Below, piece after piece: positions 61,330 through 64,000 of a stretch of 64,000 nt of DNA (positions are counted from its first letter, which is position 1; each line of letters starts with the position of its first letter). A program made the translations under genes and the position numbers. The notes below the pieces were generated by a model. That model did no database searches. It saw only the letters and a list, made by a program, of their open reading frames with translations, and was not told the origin of the DNA. This DNA comes from Octopus sinensis. Taxonomy: Eukaryota. The stretch lies in the NCBI RefSeq assembly GCF_006345805.1, contig NC_043009.1, positions 17,670,001 through 17,734,000 on the forward strand. Reading direction: 5' to 3'.

Positions 61330-64000
61330 GAGATAATAAAGTAGTGGGGATACCAAAACGAAGGTGAGTGTGCGTGTGTATAAGAGAGTTTGTATGTGCA
61401 TGTGGAAGAGGGGTGGTGATCTTGATGCGTGCGTGTGTGTATGGGTAAGTGTGAAAATGTGGGGCTGAGAAGTGGTCAGTGCTGGTGTGTGTGTGGTGGT
61501 GTGTTGTGATGTGATGTGTTGTGTTGTATGGTGGTGTATGGTATAGTGGTGTATGGTGTGGTGTAATGGTAATGAGAGGTGGGGGAGTCAAGAGTGGGGT
61601 GTGGGTTAGGATGAGGTGGGGTTAGAGGTGTGGTATGTAGGAGTGGGTGTAAGGGATGGGGTGGAGTGGGATGGGAAGGATAGGGAGGGTGGGGTTAGAA
61701 TGTGTAGGGGTGGAGTGGGATTACGAGGGAGGGGTGACAATGAAGGGGAAGGAGAAGGTGGGTAGGATGAAGAGAAGAGAGGAGAGAAGAAGTAGGAGTC
61801 AGAGCAAGAGAGGAAAGGTGGGTGGGAGGATGTAGGTGTGGAGGGGAGAGAGGCAGGAGGAGGAGGTTAGATGAAGAGGGGAGGAGAGTTGAGCCCATGT
61901 GGTTCAAAGGAGCGAAGAGAGAAGATTAATCCCTGTTCATGGCCCAAACGAGAGTCCAGATGGCCTCCTGTGCAAGGACAATCTGAACACGGACAGGTAT
62001 TAGAGTGACCGGTAGAGCAGAAATTGCACGAGACCAGGTGTCATTGTTGAGTTGGATGTCTCGGAGGTGTTCTGCGAACCGGTCAGCCAAGATGTATAGA
62101 GAAGGGCAGAGAGAGCAGGTGATGCAGTAGATGATATTGGTAGAAGTGCAAGTGAAGGCGTCGGTGATGTGATAGGGTCGATGATGAGTGCTGATAAGGA
62201 GGGTGGTGTTGGAGAGGTAAGGGCAAGTGCGGCAGTGTAGGCAGAAGCAGGGGAACAGGCTGTGTTGGGAGGTTGGGTTAGGGAAGAAGCTGTGGACCAA
62301 GAGGTTTCATGGGTTGTGGGCTCGTTTGAAGGAGGAAAGGGGTCAGTTAGGGAAGATGTGCAAAGTGGACGGGTCAGACTGGAGTCACCGGAAGGCTTGG
62401 AGAATGGTGCGTTGGAGAGGTAGGGTGGCGGGGTTGTGGGTGAGGGAAAATGGGAGACAGCGGCATGGGTGAGGGGGGAGAGAGCAGATGCACGGTCCAC
62501 AGGACGTACTCTGGCAAGGGCAGTGTGGATAGTGGTGAGGGGATATACATGTAGAATGAAGAGGTGAGCCATGAGTTGAGACCAAGTCTCAAAGTCATGG
62601 TTGTCACTACAGAGCCTGCGTAGACGGAGGAATTGGGAACAGGGGATGGAAAGCTTGGTGTGTTTAGGGAGGAAGGAGGAGAAGTTTAGGTATGAGTGTG
62701 AGTCCATGTGTTTGTAGTGGATGGAGGTGGAGAGAGTGGAGTGAAGAATGCTGACCAAAATGTCAAGAAAGGAGACAGAGGTGTCAGAGATAGTGCAGGA
62801 GAAGTGGAAGGCAGGATGGAAAGATTTGATAAAAGAGAGGAAGGAGTCTAGATGTTCACGGGAGAGTGGTCAATATAACGGCCATATAGTTTAGGAGTGG
62901 AACCAGTGAAGCTTGTGAATATTTGGGCCTCAACCTAGCCAACAAACAGGTTTGCATAGTTGGGGGCCCATTCTCGTTTCCATGGCTACTCCCAAGATTT
63001 GCTGGTAGAAATCACCTGCGAGAGAAGCAGTTGAGTGAGAGGACAAGTTTGGCCAGACGAACGAGTGTGGATGTGTTGGGTTGGGGGTTGGGTCGAAGGT
63101 CAAGGAAATGTTGGAGTGCACACAGCCCCTTGTGGTGAGTGATCACTGTGTAAAGGCTCTGGATGTCGAGAGTGAAGAGAAGTTTAGAGGGGCCAGGAAG
63201 GAAGGAAAAAGAGTTAAACAAATGAAGCGCGTGGTTGGTGTCATGGATGTGAGAGGGGAGGGAAGCCACTAGGGGGGGGGGGCAAGAACATGGTCATGAT
63301 ATCTGGAGATGAGTTCGGTGGGGCAGTTGCAGGTGGAGACGATGGGGCAGCCAGGGTTGTTAGGTTTGTGGATTTTGGGGAGGAAGTAAATGGTGGGGGG
63401 TATGAGGAGCGTGGACAATGAGGTTGGAGATGGCAGGAGGAGATAAGGTCATGGATAGTGGAGGACACAGTATGTTGATGGCTGGGTGTGGGGTCAGAGG
63501 GCAGAGGGCAGTAGAAGGAGGTGTCTTGAAGTTGGCGGAGAGCTTCGGCCTTGTAGAGGTCCGCGCGTCACACCACCATGGCTCCACCCTTGTCGGCCAG
63601 TTTTATGATGATGTCAGTGTGGCGTCAGAGACATTGAAGGGCCAAGAGTTTGGCTGGGGAGATGTTTAGATAATGGGGATGCCTAGAAAAGTTAAGCCGG
63701 TCCACAGTGTGCTGGCAGGTGCCCGCAAAAAGATTGACTGCTTGGAACTGGCCAGGAGCTGGTGTCCACTGAGATGGTTGATGGCCCAGGTTGATGAAGC
63801 AGTCCTCCTCATTAGATGCAGGTGGAGTGTCGTGGAAAAGCGCATACAACCTAACACGGTGCACAAAGTTATGGATATCGGCATGAGTCTGAAATTCATT
63901 GCTGGATGGAGTGAGGGGGATGAAGCGCAGACCCCCTACTGAGGAGGGAGCACTCTGCTCCGCCTCAAAGAGGAAAGATCTGGAGAATGGTAACAACAGA
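61330..64000 (-). mobile_element. Second Penelope-like retroelement (RT + GIY-YIG) with a low-complexity 3' region; runs off the window
   Basis: RPIVS-like region; FTLDIQSLYT; GVAMETRMGP; RYIDH at 62866-62880; IPCSQFLRLRRLCS; FTCTSTNIIYCITC..DRFAEH. Confidence 0.9.

Overview
AT-rich, repeat-dominated animal genomic DNA, most likely a coleoid cephalopod (Octopus-like). The taxon is inferred from SINE families recognised from memory and from dense (TA)n/(CA)n/(GA)n tracts. There is one 100-N assembly gap (21452-21551). The only long intact ORF is a 713-aa hAT (Tip100/ZMYM1-like) transposase, inside a complete 3.8-kb element with terminal inverted repeats (37821-41616). The rest is mostly decayed mobile DNA: RTE, CR1/L2-like, R4-like and Tx1/L1-like LINE relics, two Penelope-like (RT + GIY-YIG) elements, Tc1, mariner and Buster/Charlie-hAT relics, MITE/fold-back elements and at least three SINE families. 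A CpG-retaining patch at about 28540-28800 looks like a promoter with a minus-strand first coding exon (28724-28652). It lies between a long purine tract and a long pyrimidine tract. The host gene could not be identified. The best leads are the intact hAT, several hammerhead-ribozyme-like folds in Penelope-type terminal repeats, an 84-bp near-perfect palindrome and a tandem SINE array with a fold-back. No clearly new biological system could be established from the sequence alone.
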